Shown: positions 50,324 through 60,008 of the stretch, piece after piece | Position numbering within the stretch: the stretch's first letter is position 1 | How the letters are laid out: each line of letters starts with the position of its first letter | Assembly (NCBI GenBank): GCA_001799735.1 | Contig: MGUA01000001.1 | Coordinates: 30,554 to 94,553, forward strand | From: Elusimicrobia bacterium GWB2_63_22 | GTDB lineage: Bacteria > Elusimicrobiota > Elusimicrobia > Elusimicrobiales > UBA9959 | Direction: 5' to 3' | Length of the DNA stretch: 64,000 bases | The notes under the pieces: generated by a model | Told to the model about the DNA's origin: nothing | Databases searched by the model: none | What the model saw: only the letters and a program-made list of their open reading frames with translations | Program-made: the position numbers and the translations under genes

Positions 50324-50669
50324 AGGTGCCGGGAGTTGCACCCGGGTCCGTAAACCGCTTGCAGGAACCGCTACAGGCTTAGCCCTGAGTTTGTCTCGGA
50401 CGGCATAAGTTCAAGGCGACAATGCCGGCCCAGCTCCGTGTTGTCTTAAGCCGACGCGGGACGAAGCGCGCCCCCGGCGACAGCAGCCTGAATTTAACGC
50501 AGTACAGTCCGCTCAGGCGGGCAGACTATAAGCGAGGCACACTTAGGCGTGCGCCCAGGCCAGCTCGTTGGAGTTGGCTTTTGTTTTTTTGACCCTGTTT
50601 TACATGGCCTGGTCAACCATGACCTGCTGATCCTGCAGAACAAGTTCACGTCGAACCTAGTTCACCCCC
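50318..50669 (-). ncRNA. ssrA: tmRNA (ssrA), about 352 nt
   Basis: Minus strand 5' end: GGGGGTGAACTAGGTTCGACG (50669->). The 3' end is GGACCCGGGTGCAACTCCCGGCACCTCCACCA (->50318), comprising a T-arm and acceptor. The acceptor pairs GGGGGUG with CACCUCC and includes the G3:U wobble. An A-rich stretch precedes the tag frame GCC AAC TCC AAC GAG CTG GCC TGG GCG CAC GCC TAA (50578->50543), which encodes ANSNELAWAHA. Confidence 0.9.
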
Positions 50670-50940
50670 GCTTGTCGAACCTTGCGCACGAAGCGCAAGG
50701 CGGATTTACTCAATCCGCCCGGCCTTCGTCGGCCGGGTTCTCCGCAAGGGGAACCCAGGTTCCCCGTTTCATCGCCGCTACGCCTTTCGCCTTACGGCGA
50801 CGGCTTCGCTGAACCCCTCCTTGGAGGAATTGCGGAACTTATAACAATTGGGTTCTCAAAGAGCAATACTTACAGGGATATTTTAGCAGTTTAATCAGGG
50901 GGGAGGACAGGGTCCTAAGGGCAATTAAGGGCGGGGCGGG

Positions 50941-50969
50941 TTGATAAAAATGCGGCCTACCGCTATAAT
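50941..50969 (+). promoter_or_regulatory. sigma70-type promoter of the cNMP-binding protein gene
   Basis: TTGATA, 17 nt, then TATAAT. AAGGA SD before the ATG at 51003. Confidence 0.7.
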
Positions 50970-51002
50970 AGATGGACCCGGACGGTTCAGCAAGGACGCA
51001 AT

Positions 51003-51497
51003 ATGAAACAGCAAGAACTAGAGAATCTGAAAACCATGCCTTTTTTTAGCGGTTTTTCAGAGACATCTTTCACCAAATTCTTCAAAGCCTTCAACAGGCT
51101 CTCGCTCGCCAAAAACGACATCCTGTTCCGCGAAGGCGCGGAGGGCGACACGTTCTTCATCATCCTTTCCGGCGAGATGGTCATAGAAAAGCGCGTGGAC
51201 AAGGCCGGCGGCAGGTTCAAGAAACTCGCCCTGATGAACCGCGGCGACTTTTTCGGGGAGATGGCGGTGATGGAAACCCAGCCGCGCTTCGCCCAGGCGC
51301 GCGCCGCGCAGGACAGCGAACTGGTGGAGCTCAGCCGGCAGCGCCTGCTGGACTTCATCAAGGACTGCCCCCAGGAAGGGGCCGGGCTGCTCATAGAGCT
51401 GCTCCGCGTCATCCTCGGGCGCCTGCGCCACACCTCCAACGAACTGATGACCGCCCACAACTTCATGGAAGTCCTGGCCAAATACAAGCACAGATAG
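51003..51497 (+). CDS. cyclic nucleotide-binding domain protein (no DNA-binding domain)
   Basis: 164 aa. cNMP-binding fold motifs ..LFREGAEGDTFFIILSGEMVIEK.. and ..NRGDFFGEMAVME..RFAQARA... Confidence 0.8.
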   Translation: MKQQELENLKTMPFFSGFSETSFTKFFKAFNRLSLAKNDILFREGAEGDTFFIILSGEMVIEKRVDKAGGRFKKLALMNRGDFFGEMAVMETQPRFAQARAAQDSELVELSRQRLLDFIKDCPQEGAGLLIELLRVILGRLRHTSNELMTAHNFMEVLAKYKHR

Positions 51498-51498
51498 G

Positions 51499-54400
51499 TT
51501 AAAACAGCGCCGCTGCCGCGGCCGCTATATCCGAAAGCGGATCGTCCACCGAAGAAATTTTAATCCCGTCGCCCGCCCGGGAGGGCAGGAAAGAGAGCCT
51601 GTTGCCGAAGGCCTGCCGCCAGCCGGCCACGGCCTTGGGCGGCACGTTGGCGCCGGGCGAGAAGAAGATCTCCAGGTCCGTTTCCTTCTGCGTCACCGCC
51701 CGCACCGCTTTTTTAGCCAGCACTTTCTTCAGCCGGATGATCTCCACCAGGTTCTTGAGCGGCGCGGGGGCCGGCCCGGAAATATCCTCAAAGTTTTTCA
51801 TTACCGCGGCGAGCTCGGGCTCCTTGGCGTTGAGCAGCTTCTTGTAGAAGTTCAGGCGCTCCATGTCGTCGCCCACGTAATCCTCGGGGATGAAGGCCGG
51901 CACCAGCACGTCCATCTTGGGCTCGGGCAGCTCGGCCGCTCCGGCGCGGCCCTTTATGCGGTCTATCTCGCCGTTGAGCAGCTTGATGTACATCTCGAGA
52001 CCTATTGAATTTATGAAGCCGTGCTGCCGCACGCCCAGCAGCTCGCCGGCGCCGCGGATCTCCAGGTCGCGCATGGCCAGGCGGAAGCCCGAGCCCAGCT
52101 CGGTGAATTCCTCCAGCGCCGAGAGGCGCCTCACCGCGTCCTCGCTGATAGGCGGCGGGTCGCCCGCGGCCGGGGCGATGGCCGCGGCCTTCTTCTGCAG
52201 CTTGCCGGCGGCGCCCTTCATCCAGCCGGGGTAATACAGGTAGCAGTAGGCCTTCTGCTTCTCGCGGCCTATGCGCCCGCGCAGCTGGTACAGCTGGGCC
52301 AGGCCCATCTCGTGGGCGTTCTCCACTATCATGGTGTTCACCGTCGGGATGTCCAGGCCGGACTCAATGATGGTGGTGGCCATCAGCATGTCGTATTTGC
52401 GGTTGAGGAAATCCCACATCTGCTTTTCCACCGCTTCGGCCTTCATCTGGCCGTGGATCACCGCGATGCGCAGCTCGGGCATGAGCTTCTTCAGATAGGC
52501 CTGCCGGCTGTCTATGGTCTGCACGCGGTTGTGCACGTAGTACACCTGGCCGCCGCGGGCGAGTTCGTAGGTGACGGCCTCGGCCGCGCCCTTCTCGGTG
52601 AAGGGCCGCACGAAGGTGGAGATGGCCTGCCGCCCGACGGGGGCGCTCTCGATGACCGACATGGACTTAAGCGAAGAAAGCGACTGGTAGAGCGTGCGCG
52701 GGATAGGCGTGGCGCTCATCAAGAGGCAGTGCACGCCCTTGGCGGCGGCCTTTATCTTGTCCTTGTCCTTCACGCCGAAGCGGTGCTCCTCGTCGGCCAC
52801 CATCAGGCCGAGGGCGGCGAACTCTACGTCCTTCTGCAGCAGGCGGTGCGTGCCCACTATGATGTCTATCTTCCCGCGCGCGAGGTCCGCCAGGATCTTT
52901 TTCTGGTCGGCCGGGGCCACAAAGCGGGAGATCACGCGGATGTTGACCGGGAAGCCGGCGAAGCGCTTGGAGAAATTGTGAAAGTGCTGGTCGGCGAGGA
53001 TGGTGGTGGGCACCAGGATGGCGGCCTGCTTGCCGTTGGCCACGGCGCGCATGGCGGCGCGCATGGCCACCTCGGTCTTGCCGAAGCCCACGTCGCCGGC
53101 CACCAGCCGGTTCATCGGCAGCTCCAGCTCCAGGTCCGCCATCACCTCGGCGATCGCCCTGGTCTGGTCCGGGGTCTCGTCGAAAGGGAAAGAGGCCGCG
53201 AACTCCTCCTCCAGGTGGCCGCCGTGCGGGAGCGCGGCCGTCTTGAGCGCGGCGCGTTCGGCCTCGAGCTTTAAAATGTCCAGCGCCAGCGCCTCCACCT
53301 CTTTCTTGACCCGGGTCTTCATCTCGGTCCAGGTCTTGGTGTCCATGTGGGACAGGCGCGGGGCCTTGCCCTCGGAGCTGATATATTTCTGCACGCGGCT
53401 GAAGTCGTGCAGCGGCACCAGGAGCTTGTCGCCGCGGGCGTATTCCAGGTACAGGCAGTCGGAATCCTCCACCTGCTCGCCCCAGGCGTTGCGGAAAAAG
53501 GCCTTCTTGATGCCGAGGTAGCGGCCCACGCCGTAATCCTCGTGCACTATGAAGTCGCCGACCTTCAGGTCGGTCCACTTGAAGAATTTGTTCTTGGGCT
53601 TGATCGAGGCCGGGTCGAAGCGGTAGCGGCGGCGGAACAGTTCGGACGAGGTGATGACCGCCGTCCGCGACGGCAGGTGCACGAAGCCCTCTTCTATATA
53701 GCCGGTGGAGAGGGAGACCAGGCCGCCGGCCCCGGCGTCGGCCAGGGACTCGGCCAGCCGCTCGGTCTCGCCGCGGTTGATGCAGAAAAGCTTTACGACG
53801 GCGCCGGCTTTCTTCAGGCGCTTCAGTTCGCCGGCCAGCAGGGCGATGTCGGAATTAAAGTTAAGGTTGGAGACGGCGCCGAAATCCTCGTCGGCTTCCC
53901 CGTCCTCCCTGAGACCGAAAGTATAAAGCCCGTCAGGCGCTAAGCCGCCCTCCACGGCCTCGTCCAGAAACACCTTCCAGCCTTTTACGGCGTGGGCGCA
54001 GAGGGGCTTGCCGGGCCCGCCGAACTTATTGGGCGGCACGTCCACGCTCATCAAAAAATCAGAGGTATGCTGCGTGTCTATCTCGAACCAGCGGATGCTT
54101 TCGAGCTTCTTGTCGGAGAAGAACAGCCGCACCGGTTTGTCAAAGCCGGGCGAGTAAAAATCCACCACCGAGCCGCGCGCGGCGAACTGCCCCTTCTCTT
54201 CCACGAAGGAGACGCGCTCGTAGCCGGCCTTGATAAACAGGTCCAGCGCCACCGCGCGCTCGTAGGAGTAGCCCTGTTTGAAGGAGAAGCGCAGGTCGGA
54301 ATATTCCTCGCCAGCCATCAGCGCCTCGGAGAAGGCCTCCGGCGTGGCGATGTGAAAATAGAAACGGCCCTGCTCCGGGGAATATAGCGCGCGCATGGCC

Positions 54401-54621
54401 TTGGCCCGCTCGCTCAGGTCCCCGCCCCAGAGACAGACCTCGAAAGGCGGCAGGCCGGGCAGCAGCCCCGCAAGAGAATTAAAAGCGTGCTGCCAGGAGG
54501 AGAGCACGTCGTCGCCCGCGGCCGCCACCAGCAGATGGGACGGCGCGCGTTCGTACTCTTTGAGCGCGAACCAGGCTTTGGCGCTGATATTGGGAACGCC
54601 TTTGACCGCCTTGGCTATCAT
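51499..54621 (-). CDS. mfd: transcription-repair coupling factor Mfd
   Basis: Start moved to the ATG at 54621 to avoid overlap with alr, 1040 aa. ..GDFIVHEDYGVGRYLG.. (RNAP-interacting/CarD-like). Helicase motifs DVGFGKTEVAMRAA and DEEHRFGV. TRG motif ..QLRGRIGR... Confidence 0.95.
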   Translation of the reverse strand: MIAKAVKGVPNISAKAWFALKEYERAPSHLLVAAAGDDVLSSWQHAFNSLAGLLPGLPPFEVCLWGGDLSERAKAMRALYSPEQGRFYFHIATPEAFSEALMAGEEYSDLRFSFKQGYSYERAVALDLFIKAGYERVSFVEEKGQFAARGSVVDFYSPGFDKPVRLFFSDKKLESIRWFEIDTQHTSDFLMSVDVPPNKFGGPGKPLCAHAVKGWKVFLDEAVEGGLAPDGLYTFGLREDGEADEDFGAVSNLNFNSDIALLAGELKRLKKAGAVVKLFCINRGETERLAESLADAGAGGLVSLSTGYIEEGFVHLPSRTAVITSSELFRRRYRFDPASIKPKNKFFKWTDLKVGDFIVHEDYGVGRYLGIKKAFFRNAWGEQVEDSDCLYLEYARGDKLLVPLHDFSRVQKYISSEGKAPRLSHMDTKTWTEMKTRVKKEVEALALDILKLEAERAALKTAALPHGGHLEEEFAASFPFDETPDQTRAIAEVMADLELELPMNRLVAGDVGFGKTEVAMRAAMRAVANGKQAAILVPTTILADQHFHNFSKRFAGFPVNIRVISRFVAPADQKKILADLARGKIDIIVGTHRLLQKDVEFAALGLMVADEEHRFGVKDKDKIKAAAKGVHCLLMSATPIPRTLYQSLSSLKSMSVIESAPVGRQAISTFVRPFTEKGAAEAVTYELARGGQVYYVHNRVQTIDSRQAYLKKLMPELRIAVIHGQMKAEAVEKQMWDFLNRKYDMLMATTIIESGLDIPTVNTMIVENAHEMGLAQLYQLRGRIGREKQKAYCYLYYPGWMKGAAGKLQKKAAAIAPAAGDPPPISEDAVRRLSALEEFTELGSGFRLAMRDLEIRGAGELLGVRQHGFINSIGLEMYIKLLNGEIDRIKGRAGAAELPEPKMDVLVPAFIPEDYVGDDMERLNFYKKLLNAKEPELAAVMKNFEDISGPAPAPLKNLVEIIRLKKVLAKKAVRAVTQKETDLEIFFSPGANVPPKAVAGWRQAFGNRLSFLPSRAGDGIKISSVDDPLSDIAAAAAALF

Positions 54622-54670
54622 TGCCTTAATGATATAATTTTGTGAGTAAGGCGGACAGCCGCGCGAACAT

Positions 54671-55744
54671 ATGCTGAAATGGGTTGAAATAGATCTAAAG
54701 ACGCTGGCCGGGAACGCCCGGGCCATCAAGGGTGCGCTCAGGCCCGGCGTCCGGTTCATGGCCGTGGTGAAGGCCGACGGCTACGGCCACGGGGCGCTTC
54801 AGGTTTCCAGGACCGCGCTGGCCGCCGGGGCGGACTGCCTGGGCGTGCTGACTGCCGAGGAGGGCGCCGCGCTGCGCACCGGCCTGCCCCGCGCGGAAAT
54901 ACACCTGCTGGCCCCGTCCCTGCCCGAAGAAGCCGCCGCCATAGTAAAATACGGCCTCATTCCCACCGCCGACTCCCTTACCTTTGTAAAGGCCCTGTCC
55001 AAGGCGGCTAAAAAAGCCGCCCCTTACCACATAGACATAGACCTGGGCCTCGGCCGCTGGGGCGTAAAACCGGCGGAGGCGGAGGCTTTTCTGCGCGCGG
55101 CCCTGAAACAGCGCAAGGCGCTGCCCTACGGCCTTTCGGCCCACCTGGCCTACCGCCCGGCGCAGAACATGATAGAGGCGGAAGAAAAGCTCTCCTCGTT
55201 CAGCGCCCTGGCTGAAAGGTTGCGGGCGCTGGCCCCCGGCCTTAAAGCCCACGCGGCCAACAGCTCCATACTCTGCGATTTTCCCCACTGGCAGTTGGAT
55301 ATGGTGCGCGCCGGCAACCTGCTGTACGGCATCTATCCTACCGACGTCTACCAGAAGAAGCGGCAGGGGCCGCCGCTGCCCGGCCTGGGCAGGCCCTGGC
55401 AGCTCTACGCCAGGATAATTTCTGTGAGGAATGTTAAGAAGGGCGAGTCCATCGGCTACGCCTCGGAGTTCACCGCGCCGGATGCGATGCGCCTGGCCAC
55501 CATTCCCGCCGGCTACTCCGACGGCCTTACCATGGAGCCGACCGAGAACCACATCCGCGTGACCGCCGGCTTCAATTACTGGGGTCTTATCAACGGCAAG
55601 AAAGCCTACTTCACGGGCCGCACCGGCATCGCCCATACTTTACTCGACGTCACCAACATCCCCGAAGCCAGACCTGGCACGCCGGTAGCGCTGCATGTGC
55701 GGCGCACCGCCACCAATTCCAGAATCCCCCGCGTTTACAAATAG
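54671..55744 (+). CDS. alr: alanine racemase
   Basis: 357 aa. PLP-lysine motif AVVKADGYGHG. C-terminal ..PAGYSDG.. region. Confidence 0.9.
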   Translation: MLKWVEIDLKTLAGNARAIKGALRPGVRFMAVVKADGYGHGALQVSRTALAAGADCLGVLTAEEGAALRTGLPRAEIHLLAPSLPEEAAAIVKYGLIPTADSLTFVKALSKAAKKAAPYHIDIDLGLGRWGVKPAEAEAFLRAALKQRKALPYGLSAHLAYRPAQNMIEAEEKLSSFSALAERLRALAPGLKAHAANSSILCDFPHWQLDMVRAGNLLYGIYPTDVYQKKRQGPPLPGLGRPWQLYARIISVRNVKKGESIGYASEFTAPDAMRLATIPAGYSDGLTMEPTENHIRVTAGFNYWGLINGKKAYFTGRTGIAHTLLDVTNIPEARPGTPVALHVRRTATNSRIPRVYK

Positions 55745-55907
55745 CCGTAAGGCCGAACCTGCCCGCCGGAACGCAAAACACGCTCGGCCACACCGTGGCC
55801 TCGCTCGGTATTCGCCCGCCGCGCTTATGCAAGCGGCGGGCTCAACGACGGTTTTGCTAACCCGGCGGGCAGGTCCAGCCGGGGCATTCGCAATCGCCCC
55901 TCCTTGC

Positions 55908-55945
55908 AAAAAAAGAAGCGCCTGAAGGAGGCGCTTTGATTGTTT
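55908..55945. terminator. bidirectional rho-independent terminator between alr and the histidine kinase gene
   Basis: AAAAAAAAG-AAGCGCC-TGAAGGA-GGCGCTT-TGATTGTTTATT. There is a T8 run on the minus strand (HK) and a T-rich tail on the plus strand (alr). Confidence 0.7.
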
Positions 55946-55961
55946 ATTAGCTCGTGTTTTC

Positions 55962-57749
55962 TTATGCGGACGGAAGTTCGGACAGGGGGAGAGAGATCGT
56001 TACCGTCGTGCCTTTGCCGGGCTCGGAGGAGATGGCCAGGGAGCCGCCCCAGGCCTCGACGGCGGTGCGGGCGTGGTACAAACCGAGGCCGGAGCCGCCG
56101 GCCTTGCCGTGGGTTTCCCCCCGGCCGCCCAGGCGGCCCAGCAGTTCGGCCGGTATACCCTTGCCGTCGTCGCGCACGGTTATCGCGGCAAGACTGCCCC
56201 GCCGGGCCAGCCCGACGGCCACCCGGCCGCCCCGCTCCAGCGCTTCCACTGAATTATTGACGAGGTTGGACAGCAGGCGGCCGAACCCTGCCGGGTCCAC
56301 GCGCGCGCGCAGGCCGGAGGCCCCGGCGGCGAAAGCCATTTCTATGGCCACGCCGGCGGCGCCGCGGTACTGCAGGCGTTTTTCCTCTATCACGGGGACG
56401 ATCAGCCCGGGCAGGAGCTGCGGCGCGAGCTGCCCCGCCGCGAGCGGCGGCTCTACCGCTCCCTGACGATTTTTTTTCAACAGGTCGTCGGCGATGTCGC
56501 GGATGCGCCCCGCGGCGGCGCTTATCAGTTCGCGCTTCTCCTCGGGCAGCCCGGTTACGTCCTTCAAGGCGGTGTCCAGGGCGGCCAGCGGGCTGCGGAT
56601 ATCGTGCGCCACCTGCGCCGCCAGCGCGGACAGCGCCGCCAGCCGTGTCTGCGAGCGGATAGTATCGTAGGCCGCTTTAAGCTTTTCCGCGAACAGTTCC
56701 GCCTCGTAGATAGCCACGCGGTAAGCCGGCCTGGCCCCGTCCGCGGCCCCAGCGTTAACGCTGCCGAGCAGCAGGTAGATGTCCTCCGAGATCCTGAAAG
56801 CTATGAGGTTGGCCACCGACCAGAGGCCGAAGAAGACGAGCAGAATGGTGGTCAGCTGGAAAGCATCCTTGCTGATGAAGATCTGCAGCAGGGAAAGCGA
56901 CAGCAGCAGCGCCAGGTTGAAGAGCAGCACCAGCAGCACCAGCCTGACCCTGGCGCTGTTCCACCTGGCGAAGGGCGCGCTGCCTGAGGAACTGTAGGCC
57001 TGCGCGGCCAGGATCAGCAGCAGGCCGCAAAGCCAGCCGTATTCCTGTACCGGGATGCCAGGGGCGGCCGCGTTCAGCGCGATATAGTAGCCGATGGCCA
57101 GCGACGAGATGGAGATCAGCGCAAGGCCGTGCGTCATGGCCAGCCAATACCTGGACCGGGCCTTCATGCCCAGCAGCAGCGCCAGCGGGAATACCGCGGA
57201 TTCGGCCAGGCGGTTGAGGACGGCATTGGCGTAGAAAAAAGGCGTGGCGTGGTTGCCGGAGCGGAAGAACGGGATTATCAGGTACTGGATGGAGATGAAC
57301 GTGATCACCGCGGACGCGGCGGCCAGGATGACTTTTTCCGCGGTCTCCAGTTTATCGAGCACGCGCAGGCTGCTGTACAGGTAGGCCGCGGTCATGAACC
57401 GGCACAGGGTGTAGAAGGCCTCCTGCGCCATGAAAGCCCAGGCCGGGAAGCTGGGGACCTGGTGGCCGACCATGTAGAAGGTGTCGCCGGCCAGCAGCGC
57501 CACGGCGGCCACCCGCCACCAGCGCGCCCCGGGAGCGTTATGGCGGAAGGCGAAGAACGCTATGAACAGGTCCGCGAACACTTCCAGCGGCAGGATGTAC
57601 CGGTTCCAGCCGGCTTTAGAGAAAAGGGAGAATACTATCCCGGCGGTAAGCGCCAGCGCCGGCAGCAGGGCGGGGAGGGAGACCTTTTCCCGCTCGAAAG
57701 CGTCGGAGGGCGCCTGGTCAGGCGGGAGAAAGGTGGAATTATTGTTCAT
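55962..57749 (-). CDS. polytopic membrane sensor histidine kinase (orphan)
   Basis: 595 aa with about 8 N-terminal TM helices. H-box LAAQVAHDIRSPLAALDTALKDV. N box LSNLVNNSVEAL. G boxes DDGKGIP and GGSGLGLYHA. No adjacent response regulator. Confidence 0.85.
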   Translation of the reverse strand: MNNNSTFLPPDQAPSDAFEREKVSLPALLPALALTAGIVFSLFSKAGWNRYILPLEVFADLFIAFFAFRHNAPGARWWRVAAVALLAGDTFYMVGHQVPSFPAWAFMAQEAFYTLCRFMTAAYLYSSLRVLDKLETAEKVILAAASAVITFISIQYLIIPFFRSGNHATPFFYANAVLNRLAESAVFPLALLLGMKARSRYWLAMTHGLALISISSLAIGYYIALNAAAPGIPVQEYGWLCGLLLILAAQAYSSSGSAPFARWNSARVRLVLLVLLFNLALLLSLSLLQIFISKDAFQLTTILLVFFGLWSVANLIAFRISEDIYLLLGSVNAGAADGARPAYRVAIYEAELFAEKLKAAYDTIRSQTRLAALSALAAQVAHDIRSPLAALDTALKDVTGLPEEKRELISAAAGRIRDIADDLLKKNRQGAVEPPLAAGQLAPQLLPGLIVPVIEEKRLQYRGAAGVAIEMAFAAGASGLRARVDPAGFGRLLSNLVNNSVEALERGGRVAVGLARRGSLAAITVRDDGKGIPAELLGRLGGRGETHGKAGGSGLGLYHARTAVEAWGGSLAISSEPGKGTTVTISLPLSELPSA

Positions 57750-57774
57750 GCGCGGCGGCCGGCCCCCAGGCGGA

Positions 57775-59922
57775 TCAATGCTGCACGTCGCAGAATTCCT
57801 TGGGCTCGGTGCCCTTCATAAAGGATTCCAGGATCTTCTTCTTGCAGGTGGGCAGGGCCAACTTGCCGGTCTCCTGGTCCACCGTCACAAAAACTATACC
57901 CTCGGGCACGGGGAAGTCGCGCACCGGCTGGTCCTTGAGCACGCTCTCCATGATCTCGGTCCACCAGGCCACTGTCAGCGAGCTGGTCCAGTCCTTTATC
58001 GGGATGGAGCCGTAATCGTCGTAGCCCATCCAGGCGCCCGCGGTCAGGTCCGGCGTCATGCCGATGAACCACATATCCTTGGAGTCCTGACTGGTGCCGG
58101 TCTTGCCTGCCATCGGCCGCTTGAGCCGCGAGGCGTAGGAACCGGTGCCGCGCTGCACCACGCCCTTCATCATGTTCACCAGCACATAGGACAGCTGCGG
58201 CGAAAAGCTTTCAGTCTCCTCGGGCACGGCCTCTTCCAGCACGCGGCCGGAATTATCCGTCACGCGCAGCACGCCGAAAGGCGCGGCGTGGATACCGCCG
58301 TTGGCGAAGGTGGAGAAAGAGCTGGTCATCTCGATAGGGCTCACCAGCGAAGTGCCGAGGCCTATGGAAGGGACCGCCTCGAGGTTGCGCTTTATGCCGG
58401 CGCGGTGGCCCACGTCGGCCACCAGCGTGGGCCCGACCCGGGTGACCAGGTAGATGGACGCCAGGTTCCTGGACAGCTCCAGGCCGCGCCGCATGGTGAT
58501 GCGGCCCTGCGTCTTGCCGTCAAAATCGCTGGGGACCCAGATCTTGAAATCCTTGTTGCCCACGAAGGGCTGTATGGCCAGGTCTATGGCGTACTGGTCG
58601 GTGGCGCCTTCCAGCAGGCGCCAGTCCTTGCCGTCGTAGTAGTAGGCCATCGGCGAGTCTTCCACTATGCTCGCCGGGGTGTAGCCGTTCATCAGGGCGG
58701 CCATCCAGACCAGCGGCTTGAAGGTGGACCCGGCCTGGCGCGCGGCCTGCGTGACGCGGTTGAACTTGCTGTCGCGGTAGTTGCGGCCGCCGATCATGGC
58801 CTTGATGGCGCCGGTCCTGGTGTCGAGGATCACAAAGGCGCCCTGCAGGCTGACCGAGGACCTGACCACGGCGTCCTCGTCGTCCTTGTTCTCTTCTTTT
58901 TCCTTCGCGTCCTCCGCGGCGCGGTTCTTCTCGGCGTCCTGGTCGTACTTGGCCAGGTGCCGCTCCATGATCTCTTCGGCCGGCACCTGCATGGCCAGGT
59001 CCAGTGTGGTGTAGATTTTCATGCCGCCCTTCCAGAGCTGGGCGACGCCGTACTTGGGCTCGAGCTGCTGGCGCACGTACTCCACGAAATAGGCGGCGTG
59101 GCTGGCCAGCAGGGTGGACTTCTCGGCCGGGATGGGCTCGGCGGCCGCGGCCTCGGCTTCCTTGTCCGTGATATAGCCCTCGGCCCGCATGCGCTGCAGC
59201 ACCAGGCGGCGGCGGTGCCGGGCGGTTTCGGGGTTGATGAAAGGTGAGTAGTTGCCGGGGGACGGGATCAGCCCCGTCAGCAGCGCGCATTCGCCCAGCG
59301 TCATCTCGGAGACGTCCTTGCCGAAATAGAGCTTGGAGGCCGACTGCACGCCGTAGACGCCGTGCCCGAAAAAGATCTGGTTAAGGTAGAGGGCGAGGAT
59401 CTCCGGCTTGGAGAAGTTGCGCTCTATCTGCAGCGCCAGCACTATCTCCTTGATCTTGCGGACATAGGACTTTTCCGGCTTGAGGAAGATGCCGCGCGAC
59501 AGCTGCTGCGTGATGGTGGAACCGCCGGCGGCGCGCCGGTGGGCGATAATGTTGCGCAGCTGGGCGCGCATGATGCCGCGCGGCGAGATGCCCCAGTGGC
59601 GGAAGAAGTTACGGTCCTCCATCGCGATGACGGCGTTCTGCATGTCCACGGGGATCTTGGAGAGCGGCAGCATGGCCCGCTTCTCCACCGAGAATTCGGC
59701 TATCACCTGGTTGTTGATGTCGTAGACGTAGGTGGTCAGCGACGGCGTGTATTCGTCCAGCTTGTCTATGGAGGGGATGTCGGTGAGGATCTTGCGCATC
59801 AGCACCGCCGCCAGCAGGATGCCGGCCGCGGAGACCACGCCTATGAGGTAGACCGCCTTGAGCACCAGCTCGCGGGCCGAAAGCCCGTCAAGGTAGTCGA
59901 GGAACCTGCGTATGAAATCCAT
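57775..59922 (-). CDS. mrcA: penicillin-binding protein 1A (bifunctional glycosyltransferase/transpeptidase)
   Basis: 715 aa with a signal anchor. GT51 motifs ..AVIAMEDRNFFRHWGISPRG..GGSTITQQL..RKIKE... Transpeptidase motifs STFKP, SRN and KTGT. Confidence 0.9.
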   Translation of the reverse strand: MDFIRRFLDYLDGLSARELVLKAVYLIGVVSAAGILLAAVLMRKILTDIPSIDKLDEYTPSLTTYVYDINNQVIAEFSVEKRAMLPLSKIPVDMQNAVIAMEDRNFFRHWGISPRGIMRAQLRNIIAHRRAAGGSTITQQLSRGIFLKPEKSYVRKIKEIVLALQIERNFSKPEILALYLNQIFFGHGVYGVQSASKLYFGKDVSEMTLGECALLTGLIPSPGNYSPFINPETARHRRRLVLQRMRAEGYITDKEAEAAAAEPIPAEKSTLLASHAAYFVEYVRQQLEPKYGVAQLWKGGMKIYTTLDLAMQVPAEEIMERHLAKYDQDAEKNRAAEDAKEKEENKDDEDAVVRSSVSLQGAFVILDTRTGAIKAMIGGRNYRDSKFNRVTQAARQAGSTFKPLVWMAALMNGYTPASIVEDSPMAYYYDGKDWRLLEGATDQYAIDLAIQPFVGNKDFKIWVPSDFDGKTQGRITMRRGLELSRNLASIYLVTRVGPTLVADVGHRAGIKRNLEAVPSIGLGTSLVSPIEMTSSFSTFANGGIHAAPFGVLRVTDNSGRVLEEAVPEETESFSPQLSYVLVNMMKGVVQRGTGSYASRLKRPMAGKTGTSQDSKDMWFIGMTPDLTAGAWMGYDDYGSIPIKDWTSSLTVAWWTEIMESVLKDQPVRDFPVPEGIVFVTVDQETGKLALPTCKKKILESFMKGTEPKEFCDVQH

Positions 59923-60008
59923 GGCCTTAATTATATTAAATTATCCGGAGCCCGGTTTCCCGGCCCTGCTTTCCCCGGCGGCGCCAAAAATGATACATTT
60001 AGCCTACT

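Noticed and set aside
54622-54759. Extended Mfd N-terminus (track ORF to 54759) overlapping alr by 89 nt
   Set aside because: The extension (MNRTPGLSAPLMARAFPASVFRS..) is non-homologous filler antisense to the alr start. The ATG at 54621 gives a normal Mfd N-terminus and a clean divergent intergenic region.
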